NCBI RefSeq assembly: GCF_009834535.1
Contig: NC_045713.1
Coordinates: 14,508,001 to 14,572,000 of the forward strand
DNA: 64,000 bases
Origin: Camelus ferus
Lineage: Eukaryota
Direction: 5' to 3'
Shown here: piece after piece, positions 10,921 to 25,490 of the stretch
How the letters are laid out: each line of letters begins with the position of its first letter
Numbering within the stretch: position 1 is the stretch's first letter
Program-made: the position numbers and the translations under genes
Notes under the pieces: model-generated
What the model was told of the DNA's origin: nothing
Seen by the model: only the letters and a program-made list of their open reading frames with translations
Databases searched by the model: none

Positions 10921-12359
10921 ATGGTTCCTGGCTCGCTATGCCCGCTGCTGCGGCTCTTCGTGCTGGGTCTCGGGCTGGTGCTGCTGGGCGCCGCGGCCGG
11001 GGAAAGAGTGCCAGGTATGCCCGGCCGGGGCTGGGCGGGAGGGCGTGGGGGCTAGGGGAATCCCTGGTCCGGCGTTGGGGAGCCGGCATTGGGGGCCTAG
11101 AGGAGGGGCCAGAATGGGGGGAAATTGGCTGACATGGAGATCCGGGGTCAGGTGGTCTCTCCGGACACCGCACTTCCTGGTCAGGAGAGGTCCCATCTCG
11201 CTCCGAGCCTCAGTTTCCTGCCTGTCAAACTTGGTGGGGATGGGAGGGCTTCTGTCCTGAGAGTCTGGATTCAGAAGTGGAGAGAGAAAGAAAGTTTGAG
11301 GGAGGGATGTCCCGTTGGGTAAGGCGGCACGCCCCCAGGCTGATCAATACCGGGTCTGCCCAGCCCCAGTGACTGAACAGTGGGGGGGGGGTGTTGAGAG
11401 GCACGGAGGCCTGTGCCCCCTATACCATGCGGGGTGCCCCCTTTCATCCGGTGACTTCAGTGCCCAGCTATGCGGGGGGAGGGACTAGGGTCGGGCCCGG
11501 TGCCCAGGAATGAGTCACCCGCCGGCGGCGGGGGGGTATGGGGACCTGACCCCCCCCCCGCACTACGGCCCCCTCTCACCCGCGCCGCCGTGTCCTGGTC
11601 GGGCCGTGCGGTCACCTGTGAGGAATGCGGAGGGAAGGGCGCCGGTGACTCACGTTATTCGAGCCGGCCGACCCTGACCTCAGCCCCCAAAATAGCCGAG
11701 CCCCGCCCCCAGCCTCTGACCCACGGCCCCCTCCCCAGGAACCACCCCCTGCTCTCGCGGCAGCTCCTGGAGCGCGGACCTAGACAAGTGCATGGACTGC
11801 GCGTCGTGCCCCACGCGACCGAACAGCGACTTCTGCCTGGGCTGTGAGTAGGGGCGGGGTTAGAGGCGAGCAGACCCCAGGCGGCGGGAGAGAGTTGCTG
11901 CGGTTGAGAGGGGACCAAGGAGCTTCACATCTGGGGAATGAATCAAGGGGACGCTGGAGTGAGGAAGGGGTTCTGACCTGGGTAGCGGCCACGGTGGAGA
12001 AAAGGCTTGAGGTTCAGATCTAGGGGGCGGAGCTGGTCCGGAAAGGGGCGAGGTCTGACTTTCAGTCCTGCTCCCAGGCGCTGCGGCCCCTCCGGCCTCT
12101 TTCAGGCTGCTGTGGCCCATCTTGGGGGGTGCCCTGAGCCTGGCGCTGGTGCTGGCGCTGCTTTCTGGCTTCTTGGTCTGGAGACGGTGCCGCAGGAGAG
12201 AGAAGTTTACCAGTAAGTGTGCCCTGGCTCACCCACCGCCCCCCCCCACCATCATTCCTCAACGTGTTCCCCACTCTTGACGCCCCTCTTTTTTATCTTG
12301 CAGCCCCCATCGAGGAGACAGGCGGGGAGGGCTGTCCTGGCGTGGCGCTGATCCAGTGA
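10921..12359 (+). CDS. TNFRSF12A: TWEAK receptor Fn14, 4 exons, 129 aa
   Basis: join(10921-11014,11739-11843,12078-12212,12304-12359) = 390 nt, all GT-AG. Signal peptide, CRD CSRGSSWSADLDKCMDCASC...SDFCLGC, TM segment, TRAF-binding PIEETGGEGC. AATAAA at 12891. Confidence 0.97.
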
Positions 12360-13395
12360 CAGTGAGCACCCCCTGCCAAGAGGAGGCCGCGCCCACTCAT
12401 CATCCATTCATTCATTCTGGAGCCAGCCCCTGTTTTCCAGACACAGCCAGAACCAGGCCACTCCAACCACAGGGGTGGAGGGATTGGGTGACGGGTGAAT
12501 CACCTCTCTGAGGCCTGGGCCCAGGCTTCAGAGGAGACTTCCAAGGTGTCTGACTGCCCTGTCTCTGGCTCCAGAATAGAAAAGGAGACCCTGACTCACG
12601 CCAGACAGCTGACACTAAGGAACTGCAGCATTTGCACAAGGGTCCCCTACTCCCACTATGGCCTGGGGGCCAGGCTGACCTGAGGGACAGACACAACACC
12701 AGGCCCCACCCACCCAGATGTACTGAAATTCCAGCACGGGGGTCTCAGCCTGGGGGGGGGGTTAGGGACCTGTTCCTAACACTAGGGGGCTGGCCCTCTA
12801 GTGGGGCTGGTCCTTAAGACACTGCTCCTCCAACCCCCAAAGGAGGGGAGATATTTATTGTGGGGAGAAAGTTTTTTGGGGGGATTTATTAATAAAAGAA
12901 TCTTTAACTTTAAATGGTTTGGAGAGTGGCACGATCCCCAGCTTGACTTCCAAGAGCTGGAGGGAGGAGTGAGTCAGCCGCGGGGGTGGGGGTGAGGCTC
13001 TGACTCACACATTCTCAATGCCTGAGCCCAGCCTGCCAGAACCTGGCGGGGTCCTGACCGTTTTTCCAGGGATGTTGAGGAGAAACCCCAGCATCCAGTA
13101 CCCAAGCCCTTCCCTCCCTTTCCCAAAGGCCCTGGGTTCCAGACTGAAGCTTTCATTTGCTCTGCAATCTTTATTCAGTTCCGATGGGGAAGGCCTCCCT
13201 TCCCATGTTCCTGCCCCTCCCACCCCAGGGCTCCGTGGGGCTCAGTGTCCTCCTCTGTTGGGGGAAGGTTCTGGTGCCCAGAGGCCTGGTCTGGAAGAAA
13301 AGCAGGGCCGCTGGTCCCTTCGTGGAAGTGCTGGTCTCCCCTGTTGTGGGGAAGAAGGAAGGTGGGCAAGGTCACGCCCCCCCCCCCCGCAGCCC

Positions 13396-14517
13396 TCAGA
13401 GCTCCATTATGTCTCCAGCTGGGCTTGCAGGGTAGTTGGGGGTGGGGGTGTCCCCCAGCCTCAGCAGCCGGAGCGTCTCAGGGATCAGGTTCCCAGGGTA
13501 GCGCCAGAGAAGCAGCTCTGAGCAAGGGCTTCTGGAAGAGGAAATGACAGTCAGGGCACAGGGCTGAGGCTGGCCTGGCAGAGCCACCGCCACCCCCCAC
13601 CCCCGACCTGGTTCAGGTCCCCAGGGGCTCTTGGGCTACTGGCACCTTCCAAGGAGTCAAGATGGGGAATAACGGAGGTTGACTAGAAACTAAAAATAGC
13701 AGGATGAGGCAGAGCCTGGAGTTTGGCTCTGAAGACGGTATAATCCTCCAGAAGGCCCAGCCAGTGGCTTGTGGATGGTGCCTACCTGAGTGGGGGCAGA
13801 GCTGGGCGGAAAGCCATGGGGGTGCTGCAGTAAGGATGGTCATTGTGCAGGCTGAGTCGAGAGAAGTGGGTGGCCATGTTCTCCTCAGACAGGAACTGCT
13901 TGCGCAGGGGCTCCCTGGGGAGAGACAGAGAGGCAGGAAGGCTGGGATATTCAGAGGAGAGGTAGTCTGATGAGGACCTGGGTTGACAGAGGTCTTGCTG
14001 GGAGTCCCTCCCTGCCCCCAAACTCACTGCTCCTCCTCCAGGCGCCGCTTGGTGCTCATGGGCACAGCTCCTCGGAGAGGGGAGCTGGGAAGAAAAGAGA
14101 GCCAGGAGCACCCCACCCTCTTGGCCCCTACCCAGGATCTATCTGCCCGCCTAAGCCTGCAGCGTCAGCCAGGAGCCCCCATCCCGTCCAGTCCCTGTCT
14201 CAGCTGACGCCTAAGTCACCTCCTTCACCCTCACCCCCAGACCACCCAAAAGTCGGCCTCGGACATCTCAGCCCTTAGTCTCCAACCCTGTCTCAGCTCA
14301 TGCCTAAGCCCTGCCGATTCACCCCACCGCGTGTCAGCCTGTGGACCAGCCCTGAGGCCCCAGCCAAGGCTCCTGGGGTTCTGGACCCCTGGGCCGGGCC
14401 CACCCAGGAACCCTACACACACCTCGCGTCCAGGCCTCGGGGCACCCCCGAGGCGGCCCGCGGGTGGCGCTGGGCCCGACCCTGGGGTCCTCGTTCCAGG
14501 GGTTGCTGCAGGATCAT
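13396..14517 (-). CDS. HCFC1R1: HCF-1 beta-propeller interacting protein (HPIP), 4 exons, 138 aa
   Basis: complement join(14423-14517,14028-14084,13786-13914,13396-13531) = 417 nt. [13 protein letters not shown]...HNDHPYCS (HCF-binding motif DHPY)...PAGDIMEL*. PolyA signal at 13170-13175. Confidence 0.96.
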
Positions 14518-14943
14518 TTAGGTTCGGGGTCCTGCGAGCGGAGGGGTGGGAGCCGGGAGACAGGGGCGGGAGCCGGGAGACAGGGGCGGAGCCTCTGAGG
14601 GCGTGACCCAACGCGTGGGGCGTGGTTTTAGGCCCGCGCAGAGGCCAGCTTCCGCGCAGGCGCAGAAGACGGACGGTCGGCACGCGGCTGGGAGGCGGGT
14701 GTGTTCAGTGGGGTGGGGGTGGGCGTCCGGTAGTAGGGCTGCGGTGGGCGCCACTTGCTGTTGGGTTCTTCTTGGCGGTCCACCTCCATTCCTGGGGCTC
14801 GGGTTACGCGGCGGCCGCCTTCACGCCTGGCCGGCCAGCAGTGTTAGGAGGTGGGGCGCCGCTAAGGGGAGACGCTCTTCGGCACTTCCGGACTCGTGAG
14901 GCTGCCTGGCGCGCGGAGCACTCTGGGAGTTTTAGTTCTGGAG
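14518..14943. promoter_or_regulatory. Bidirectional CpG-island promoter shared by HCFC1R1 and THOC6
   Basis: The divergent ATGs are 426 bp apart. CpG-rich, with GC boxes and an ETS/GABP-type CACTTCCGG at about 14883. Confidence 0.75.
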
Positions 14944-17714
<2,771 letters not shown>

Positions 17715-18017
17715 TGATTTTGATACATAAATACCCACCCCCACCCGGTTCTGGTGCTTGCCAGGGCCAGGGGGCCTAGTGCCTAGAAAAAGTAGTCCTA
17801 TATAGATTCGAAAAACAGCTCTGCCACCCCTGCCTCTGCCACCCACCTGGGGTCTCTGAACCCCAAAGCTGGCACTTGCTCCCAGTGAGCCCCTGCTAAG
17901 CCTTTCAGGGCGGGGAGGGCATTAGCCCCCTTTGGCAGACGATCGGGGCCGTCGCTCCATTGGCCGGAAGTGGAAAGTGAGCCAAAGAGGGCAAAGGGGG
18001 CCCCCTCCACCCGGCCC

Positions 18018-21000
18018 TCAGGTCCTTCGGAAGAAGTTGCTGAGGAAGCCGCCGGAGGGCCCAGGTCCCAAGCGCAGTGAGAAGCGCGGCGGGGCGCGGC
18101 GTGGGGTGGAACCGGCCGCACTCAACTCTTTCAGGCGTTGGGAGCGCAGCTGCTGTCCGATGACCACTTGCATGTCGTCCTGTGGGGCGGGTCAGCATCT
18201 GGCCCCGCCCCTGCCTGTTCCGCCCCGTCGGCCCCCGTCGGCCCCCGTCGGCCCCCGTCGGCCCCCGTCGGCCCCCGTCGGCCCTGCCTCTCACCTGCCA
18301 GGCCTCCAGTTCTTGCGTTAGCGCCACCTTCTGGCCGATGGTGCGAAGCAATTCTCGGGAGAGGGAGTCCCGCTCCAGAGAAACGCGGCTGAGCTCCAGG
18401 GACAATTCCAGGGCCCTGTCGGCAGAAAACGGGTCCAAGGGCGCTGGGGCGTCAGCGAGCCTTTAGGGGAGAAGGGGGAGAGGGGTAGAACCCTGAACCC
18501 AGACGGAAGTGGGGCCGCTGATACAGAAACCAGGGAGGTCAGAGGGCTCCTGGTCCGAGTGAGGATAATTATATCCCATATCATGCGTGGCGTATTGGAG
18601 GTCTAGAAAGGCCAGAGTGTCCTGGGGGCCGGTAGTCCCCCTGGGGCGGTGGTGGATGGTGGCAGAAGCTCACTTGTTCACGGCCTCGTCCCGGTCGGAG
18701 AGAGCATCACTTAAGGCCTCCGCAGGGTCCTGAGCCCTCAGTTCCTTCTGCCTTTGCAGTTCCTCCCGCAGGGCCTGTAGCTCTGCCCGCTGCAGCGTGA
18801 TCTGCGGGCAGGGGAGGGTGCAGAGAAGCGAGTAGGCCCTGGCGTCCTAGCCCGGGTTCCATCTCACCGTCCCAATCTTCTGCCCTCCTCCTCCCCGCCC
18901 ATCCCCGTCTCCACAAACAACCCCGACAGCTGTGGTCCTGTGCTGAAGATGAATCTTCTGAGCCCCTAGACTGTGGCCGGATGGGTTGGGTTAGGGCTAG
19001 TTGGGTTGTATAAGCCTACAGAAAGGATGGAGAAGCACTGGAGGTGCGACTAAGTGGGGAGTGTAGCCCAGGAAGTCTTCCTGGAGGAGATGACTTACAG
19101 ACTGGCTCTAGAAACATAATTTGCAGGTTTGTTGGGATGAAGGGCTATCCAGGTAGGGGGAGATAGTGGGCAAAGGCTTGGAGGTGTAGATGGGAAAGAG
19201 AAACTGACATTGAGAAGGGCTCTGCATCCAGTCCTATGTTCCCCCCCACCTCATCCTGCAACCGGACCGCTTCTGCCTCCTCCTCTTCCAACATCTCCCC
19301 CGGGCTCAGGGATGCTCGCTTCCTGGGAAGCTCCAACCTCTCCTCCTGGGACGAAGGCTGATGGCTGGATGCCTTTTGGGTCTCCAGGGACAGAGTGGTC
19401 TGTTCACCAAAGGAATCAGTCAGTGAAGTGTCGAACCTCGTGGGAAAAGGAGGAGGGGCGGAGTCTGCAGCCCTCCTGGATGGTACCTGTGCGGGGCTGG
19501 TGGGCCGAGAGCTCATGAGAGTGTCTCCACGTCTGTCCGTGTTCTGGTCTTGGTCATGGACACTGTCGAGGCTATGGGCAAGCTCCAGCTGCAGCGAGGC
19601 TCCCGAGATGTCGGCCTCTTGGAGGCGCGACTCCTCCAGCTCCGAGACGCGTCGCTGCAGCCTCCGCAGCGCGCTCAGTGCTTCCTCCGCCTCGGAGCGC
19701 GCACGTTCCAGCTGCGACCGACCCGCACACCGACAGAAACAAGGACGGTCAGCCGTGCGCTCCCGGCGCCGGCATCCCACAGCCGACCCACAGAGGGCGC
19801 CAGCGCGCCTCAGAGAGTCTGGCAGCCCCGCGAGTCCGTGAAACCCGGCACCAAAGTTGGCTCCCACTCCTGGATCTCTGGGTAGCCTTGGGCTGCACAG
19901 TTCTTGGTAAATACCAGTTTACTCACCTATAAAGCAGGGTGCCGACGGGTGCCCGGGCTTTAAAGTCTCGCATCACCCTCCCTCCTGTCCCACCCCATCA
20001 GTTCACCTTGAAAAGCCCCCCCGCCCCCGACAGGTCTGCCTTCCTTTCTTTAATGCTGTCATTCAGTATTAACTGATCCTTCCTTCTAAGCCGGCGATGT
20101 GCTGAGTGTTTCACACCCTCATCATAGCCCTGTACCATTATCATCCCGTCTCACGGATGAGGAAACTGAGTCCCACAATAGTAAGAAGGGACACTGGGAT
20201 AAGAACCCAGGTAATTTGACTGCAAAGTGCAAACTCCTGAGCTCTCAGACATCAGAACATGCTGCCTCTTCTCATATCCTTTTCTCTCTCTTCACAGCCC
20301 AGACCTGGTCCAAGACCCCATCATCTCTGACTTGAGCTCTGGCTTCTGCCCCATGGCCAGGCTCTGATTCTTTTTTTTATTTTTAATTTTTTTGTGGGGG
20401 GAGGTAATTATGTTTGCATATTTAGCTTTGGAGGGGGTACTGGGGATTGAACCCAGGACCTTGTGTATGCTAAGCATGCACTCTACCACTTGAACTACAC
20501 CCTCCCCCTACCAGGCTCTGATACTAAGAGTGTACTACCCCTGCTCAATATCCTTCCATAGCTCCCACTTCGCTTGTGGCCCAGCTGCTAGGGCTCCCAA
20601 TGACACAGTTGTGGCCTCATCTCCCAGGAAGCCCAGACGCAGTGGCCAAGACCCTGGTGATGCACCCGCCCACCCCAACCCCACTAGTCACCTCCAGACT
20701 GTGCTCCCGCCTCTCACGTCGTAGCAGCAGCAGCTCCTCGTGGGTTGCCTGTAGCCTGCCCTGGCCCTTCTCAACCTCCTCACGCAGGCCTCGAATCTGG
20801 GCCTCCAAGTCCTGTCGACGGCTCTGCAGCATCTGATTCTGGGAAGAGGCCTCAGAGCTGGATTGGAAGTGCTAGGCTAGCCCCAGATAGCCCCCTATCC
20901 AGCCCTTCTGGCTCAATAGATCCCCAGCCCCAGCCAGCACTCACCTCCCCCTGCAGACTCTCCAGCCGTGTCCTCAGCTCTGCCCCAGCCAGGACCTGAG

Positions 21001-23987
21001 CTTGGCACTGCCCCCGTAGGCCATCCAGTTCCCTCTGAAGCTCCTGCTCAGCCTGGGAGGCCTTGGGGGTGGGGGGAGGCAGTGGAGCCCTCAGCTGGCC
21101 CCAGTCTGAACACCAAGCCCAGCGCACCCACCCCAACCAGGACCCAGGCATCTGCCCTCTCCTTGCCCAGGGACCTGGGGTCAGGGCTATCCCACCTGGG
21201 CCAGCTGCTGACTGAGCCGGAGGTTCTGTTCGCTGAGTTCACTGAGGGCCCGCACCCGCTCACGCCCGCTGTCCTGCTGCTCTGAACGCTGCTCCCCGAG
21301 CTGGGCCCGAAGGGCCTCCACGTCCCCTTCCAGCTCCACAGCCCTGGCCTCCCACTCAGCTCCCCGTGCTGCCAGGCCCCGGCGGAGCTCATGGTTCTCC
21401 TGCTGCAGCTGCTGTGGGGGCCGAGACAGATGGTCAGAGACAGAAGAGGAGAGGTGAGGCTGGAGCAGACACAGAGAGACTGAGATGGAGAGACAGAGAC
21501 CCAAAGAGAGGGGTCTGGGGCAGGCATGAGACAGGAGAGTGCTGGGGAGGAAGTGGGCAGAGAGAGCAAGACTCAGGCTCAGGCAGTAGGAGAAGGGGGG
21601 GAGCGGTAGAGAGAAGTTGCCAGGAGGGTCTGACCCTGGGCCAGAGTGGGGTGGGGCCCCTTGGATGCCCACTCACCTCTGGTTGCCGCCTGGGCTTCTG
21701 GACCCGAGGCCGCAGGCGCCGCTTCTGACGCCTGAGTCTGGCAGAATTTAAGCCTCGGCCCATGGCCCCACGCACCTGTGTTCCAGGGGCTCTGAAGCTT
21801 CAGCCTCTGCTCAAGCCCTCTTCCCCAGCTCCCACCGGCCAGCTCCCTCTAATTAACCATGCTCAGCCCCACCCTGGCCCCACGCCTCTGCCTGCCCTCC
21901 CCAAAACCTGTCTAACCAGCAGGGGGACGCTCCTGGCACACCCAGATGCCCAGCTTGGGGAGGCGGGCAAGCCAGGGGGCCAGCCTCTGCCCCCTACTCT
22001 ATGGACTCACAAAACAGGAAGATGATGCTAACCACAGCTGTTCCAAGTATTAGCAGGTGCTCCTGCAGGGTCCTGGGCTAGCGCATTAGCTGTATTGTTT
22101 TATTTACTCACTTTGAGTTAGAATCCTTAACGTCCTCATTTTACAGATGAGAAAACTGGCCTCAGAGAGGTCACATGTCTTGCCCAAGGACACACAGTGA
22201 GTTAGTGGAGCTGGGATTCTAACCCAGGCAGCCAAGCCCCTAACTGAATACTGTGGGGGCAATATAACTCTAGGATTAAGCCCACAGGTTCGGGGTCTGA
22301 TTATCCTGGCCAGTGCCCAGCTCTGCTGCTGCTTTGTGGTCAGGAAAGTCTCCTAATATCTCCAAGTCCCATCCATCCACCCATCCATCCCATGTTTCCT
22401 GAGCCCCCCTGTTTTGGAGTCTGGCTGTCAGCAGTAAGCGAGACCACCAAGTTGTGTCTCAAGCAGCTTAGAGTCCAGAGGGTCACAGGCAAATGGACAC
22501 ATTCTTGAACCAGGTAGTTTTGGAGGGGGAACATTAAGGGCTATAAAGAGACTCTGAGAAGTGATAAAGAGCAGTGGGTGAGGGCTCCTTCAGGAGGAAG
22601 TAATGCCTAAATTGACTCCTGCAGGGCAAGAAGGAAGAGGGCCACAGCAAGGGACTTCACGTGCAAAGGCCCTGAGGCAACAAGCTTGGGTTACTAAAGG
22701 AAGTGAAAAAAGGACCCATCAGAGGAGGAGCTGTGCGGCTGAGATGAGGTCAGGGAGGTGACATGGGATGTTTAGGGATGTGGGGAAGAGTTTCAGTTTC
22801 ATTCTAAATGTGAGGCGAGCCACTGGGAGATTCTGGGCAAGGACTGAAATGATCTGACTTCGAATTTTTGAAGATCCCTCTGGCTGCCCTGTGGAGAAAG
22901 GGCTCCAGGGAGCAAGAGTGGAAGCTGAGGGCCAGTGAGGAGGCGGCTGCAGTGTCTGTGGCAGAGACGATGAGGCTACAGCCTGCTTAGAGAGACAATG
23001 AGAAGTGGGGAGACTCGAACTCTAGTTTTGCAGAAGAACCAGCAGGGCTTGTCGATGTGGAAGGAGAGAGGTCACGGGGACTCAGGTCCTGCAGTAGGAA
23101 GCTGAGATGGGGACGGCAGGTGATTGGGTCATGGAATCCAGTGCCACTTATGTTGAGATGCCCAGTCTAGCCAGGTGGAGAGGGTATGGGGCTGACGATG
23201 TGGATACAGGAGTCAGTGGTGTCCAGGGCATTTAGGGGACCAGATGTGACCGCCAGGGTGAGAGGGTGGCTGACGACAGCCTGGGCAGAGAGAACTTTTT
23301 GTATCTCAGAATTGGGTAAGAATTGACTGAAGTGATGGGTGGAAAGTGCCTAGCCCAGAGCCAGACAGGGAGGGGGCACCCAGGAACTGAGCCAGGCAAG
23401 GAGGGGGCACCCAGGAAATGTTGGCTGGGGTTACTGCTGAGGAACCAGACCCAAGATTCCGAGAGGACCAGCAGCTTTCCTACAGCCACACAGCCAGGCG
23501 GGGATCTGAACCCAGGTCCTGACTTGTCCTCAGTGCCCGTATTCTTAACCAGTGGACAATATGACCAGGGGTGTGTGTGAGGAATGGTCCCAGCCCTGAA
23601 CTGCTGTTCAGGGGCCTCCCCCTGCCCAGCTTTCCTCCCCACCCCCACCTGGTCCCTGCCACCTGTCCCCCATCTGCCCATGCCTGCCCTCTGCTGCCAG
23701 CTCACTTCCTCACGCTCAGAGTGCTGGGCATTCAGCACCTCCAGCTGCCGCTGCAGCTCCTCATTGCGCTCCAGAAGCATCTTGCCAAGCTCGGCGGCCA
23801 GCAGCAGGTCTTTCTCCTTCTGCTGCAGCTGCAGGGCCAGGTCCTCAGGCTCCTCAGGCCCTGCGCCCCCTCCTAGGAACGAGTCCCGCCGCTCGAGCAC
23901 AAAGGGGTAGAAGCCCTCATCGCCGCTGGGGGAGGCGCCCCCAGAGAGCAACCCCGACGGGAAGCTTGGCCCTTCTGGGGAGCTCAT
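18018..23987 (-). CDS. BICDL2: BICD family-like cargo adaptor 2 (CCDC64B), 9 coding exons
   Basis: complement join(23706-23987,21196-21411,20945-21061,20692-20838,19487(or 19517)-19711,19250-19399,18674-18801,18295-18415,18018-18179). [12 protein letters not shown]...[17 protein letters not shown] (CC1 box)...[11 protein letters not shown]. The 3' boundary of exon 5 is uncertain (see findings). Confidence 0.93.
18221..18284. repeat. 10-bp CpG-rich minisatellite (gcccccgtcg) x ~6
   Basis: Five perfect units at 18231-18280 plus partial flanking units, inside the last BICDL2 intron. Confidence 0.95.
20369..20510 (-). mobile_element. tRNA-derived SINE with 12-bp TSD
   Basis: Reverse-complement SINE (ggggattgaacccagg...ctctaccacttgaactac). 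TSD ccaggctctgat at 20357-20368 and 20511-20522. Confidence 0.9.
22060..22990. mobile_element. MIR and L2 fragments in a BICDL2 intron
   Basis: MIR core cctcattttacagatgagaaaactgg...cttgcccaagg (22130-22230). L2-like 3' region gatccctctggctgccctgtggaga (22530-22990). Confidence 0.65.
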
Positions 23988-25189
23988 GGTGCCTGCAGCG
24001 TCTGTAGGGACAGGTAGGTCTGTGGGGAGAGGTAGCTGCAGTACCCTCTACTCAGCAGCCCAGCGGGGTTCACCCCCGCTGGCCAAGATGTGGCTCTCCT
24101 GCAATTCTTCCCCTGCCCACTGGCCCTCTCAGTCCTGCCACTAGTGCCTCCCTGGGCCATGAAGGGTTAATGATCTGTGTCTTGGCCACCCAGCTCCGTT
24201 AATGTCTCCAAGGTAAACTGAGGCAGGAGGAAACAGGAAGGGAGCTGCCCAGCCTTCTGCCCCTGGCAGACATTTTCTGCCCCAGGAAACCGTTGTCCCA
24301 GTTCTCCAGAACCCCAGGCCACCCCACCAACTGCCCCTGCCCCCTCTTCCCAGAACCCAGCTGCTCTGGCTCCCAGTCCCTCACCAGCTGGGAAACTCTT
24401 CCCAGAACCCAGGTTCTTGAGACTCAGGACTCAGGGATAAGTCCAGCCCCTTCTCCCCAGTATCCACGGCCGTGGGAACTTAGGTGTCCTGAGCCCTTAA
24501 CCCCCAGAAATCCAGCCCCTTCCTCTTCTTCCAGAAGCCCAGGCCCAGGTTCCCAGTTCCTGGAGACCCAGATGCTCTCATGCCAGCCCCCCTGTCCTCC
24601 TGGCTCTTGTTCTCCTAATGTCCTATGTCCCCACCCCTCGGAACTCAGGTGCCCAGGCCCCCAGCCCCCCAGTTTCCCAGGCCACGGGCGGGAGAGGTAA
24701 CAGGTTGTGCCGGCACTGCTGCCCTGCCACTCCAGGTTTCTGTTTACTCCCCTCCCGGCCTTGGGGACGGGAGCCTGGTGGCGCTCCCCTAGGGCTGCCA
24801 GGGCCTGGCAGTTCAGGGGCTCTGGGCTCAGGAGGGCAGGGATGCCAGGGGCTTCCCTGCCATGTTCCCCCCTCCAGCCCTTCTGAGGTTCCCCACCCCC
24901 TAAACACACAAACACACACACCTGTCCCTTCCTCTCCTCCCCTTGCCAGGTGTCCAACCCCAGGCCTACCTGCAGGACCCAGGTGTTAGCGGTAGTCCTA
25001 GCCCAGCTGCCCACAGGCTGGACGGGGGTGGGGGTGGGGGTCTCCCTAACGTGGCCTCCGCGACCCAACCCAGCTCTGGGATTCAGAGCATCCCTTCTCC
25101 TTGCCTCTCCCCGCACCGAGCTACCATTAGTAAATGGTGCCCAGGCGTCAGGGCCCCCAGCCCCTTGACCCCCAACCCTAGGCGTCGGA

Positions 25190-25490
25190 AACCCAGCTAC
25201 CTCCTTACTTCCTGCCGGCGTTCCCCATTTCCCGGTCCCAAGAGCCAGGCCCAGCCGCTCCAGCCCCGCGCCATCCTCCCGCTCCAGCTCGCCCCGGCCT
25301 GAACTCGAAGAGCCCCGGTCCCTAGGCTCTCACCCGACGACGCCCGGCTCCCTCCGAGGTCCCCGCGGTCCCGATCCCCTCTTCCGGAGGCGGTGCCAGG
25401 TGCACGGCGCACAGGTGAGGGGGCGGTGCCACGGGCAGGGCTGGGGCGCCCCCTGGTGGCCGGAATGGCCAGGTGGGGCTTAAAGAAAGT
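25190..25490 (-). promoter_or_regulatory. BICDL2: Probable BICDL2 promoter / non-coding first exon (small CpG island)
   Basis: CpG-rich patch upstream of the ATG exon, whose acceptor lies at about 24002-24004. GC boxes and a TTTAAG on the minus strand at about 25480. Boundaries not resolved. Confidence 0.45.

Noticed and set aside
18221-18284. Regular short repeats as a CRISPR-like array
   Set aside because: Head-to-tail units without spacers in a eukaryotic intron; an ordinary minisatellite.
23365-23420. ~30-bp direct duplication (ggagggggcacccaggaa)
   Set aside because: Small local duplication inside a MIR in an intron with no evident function.
23232-23705. C-terminal extension of the 251-aa BICDL2 ORF
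   Set aside because: Read-through past a good GAA|GTGAG donor into intronic, MIR-derived sequence.
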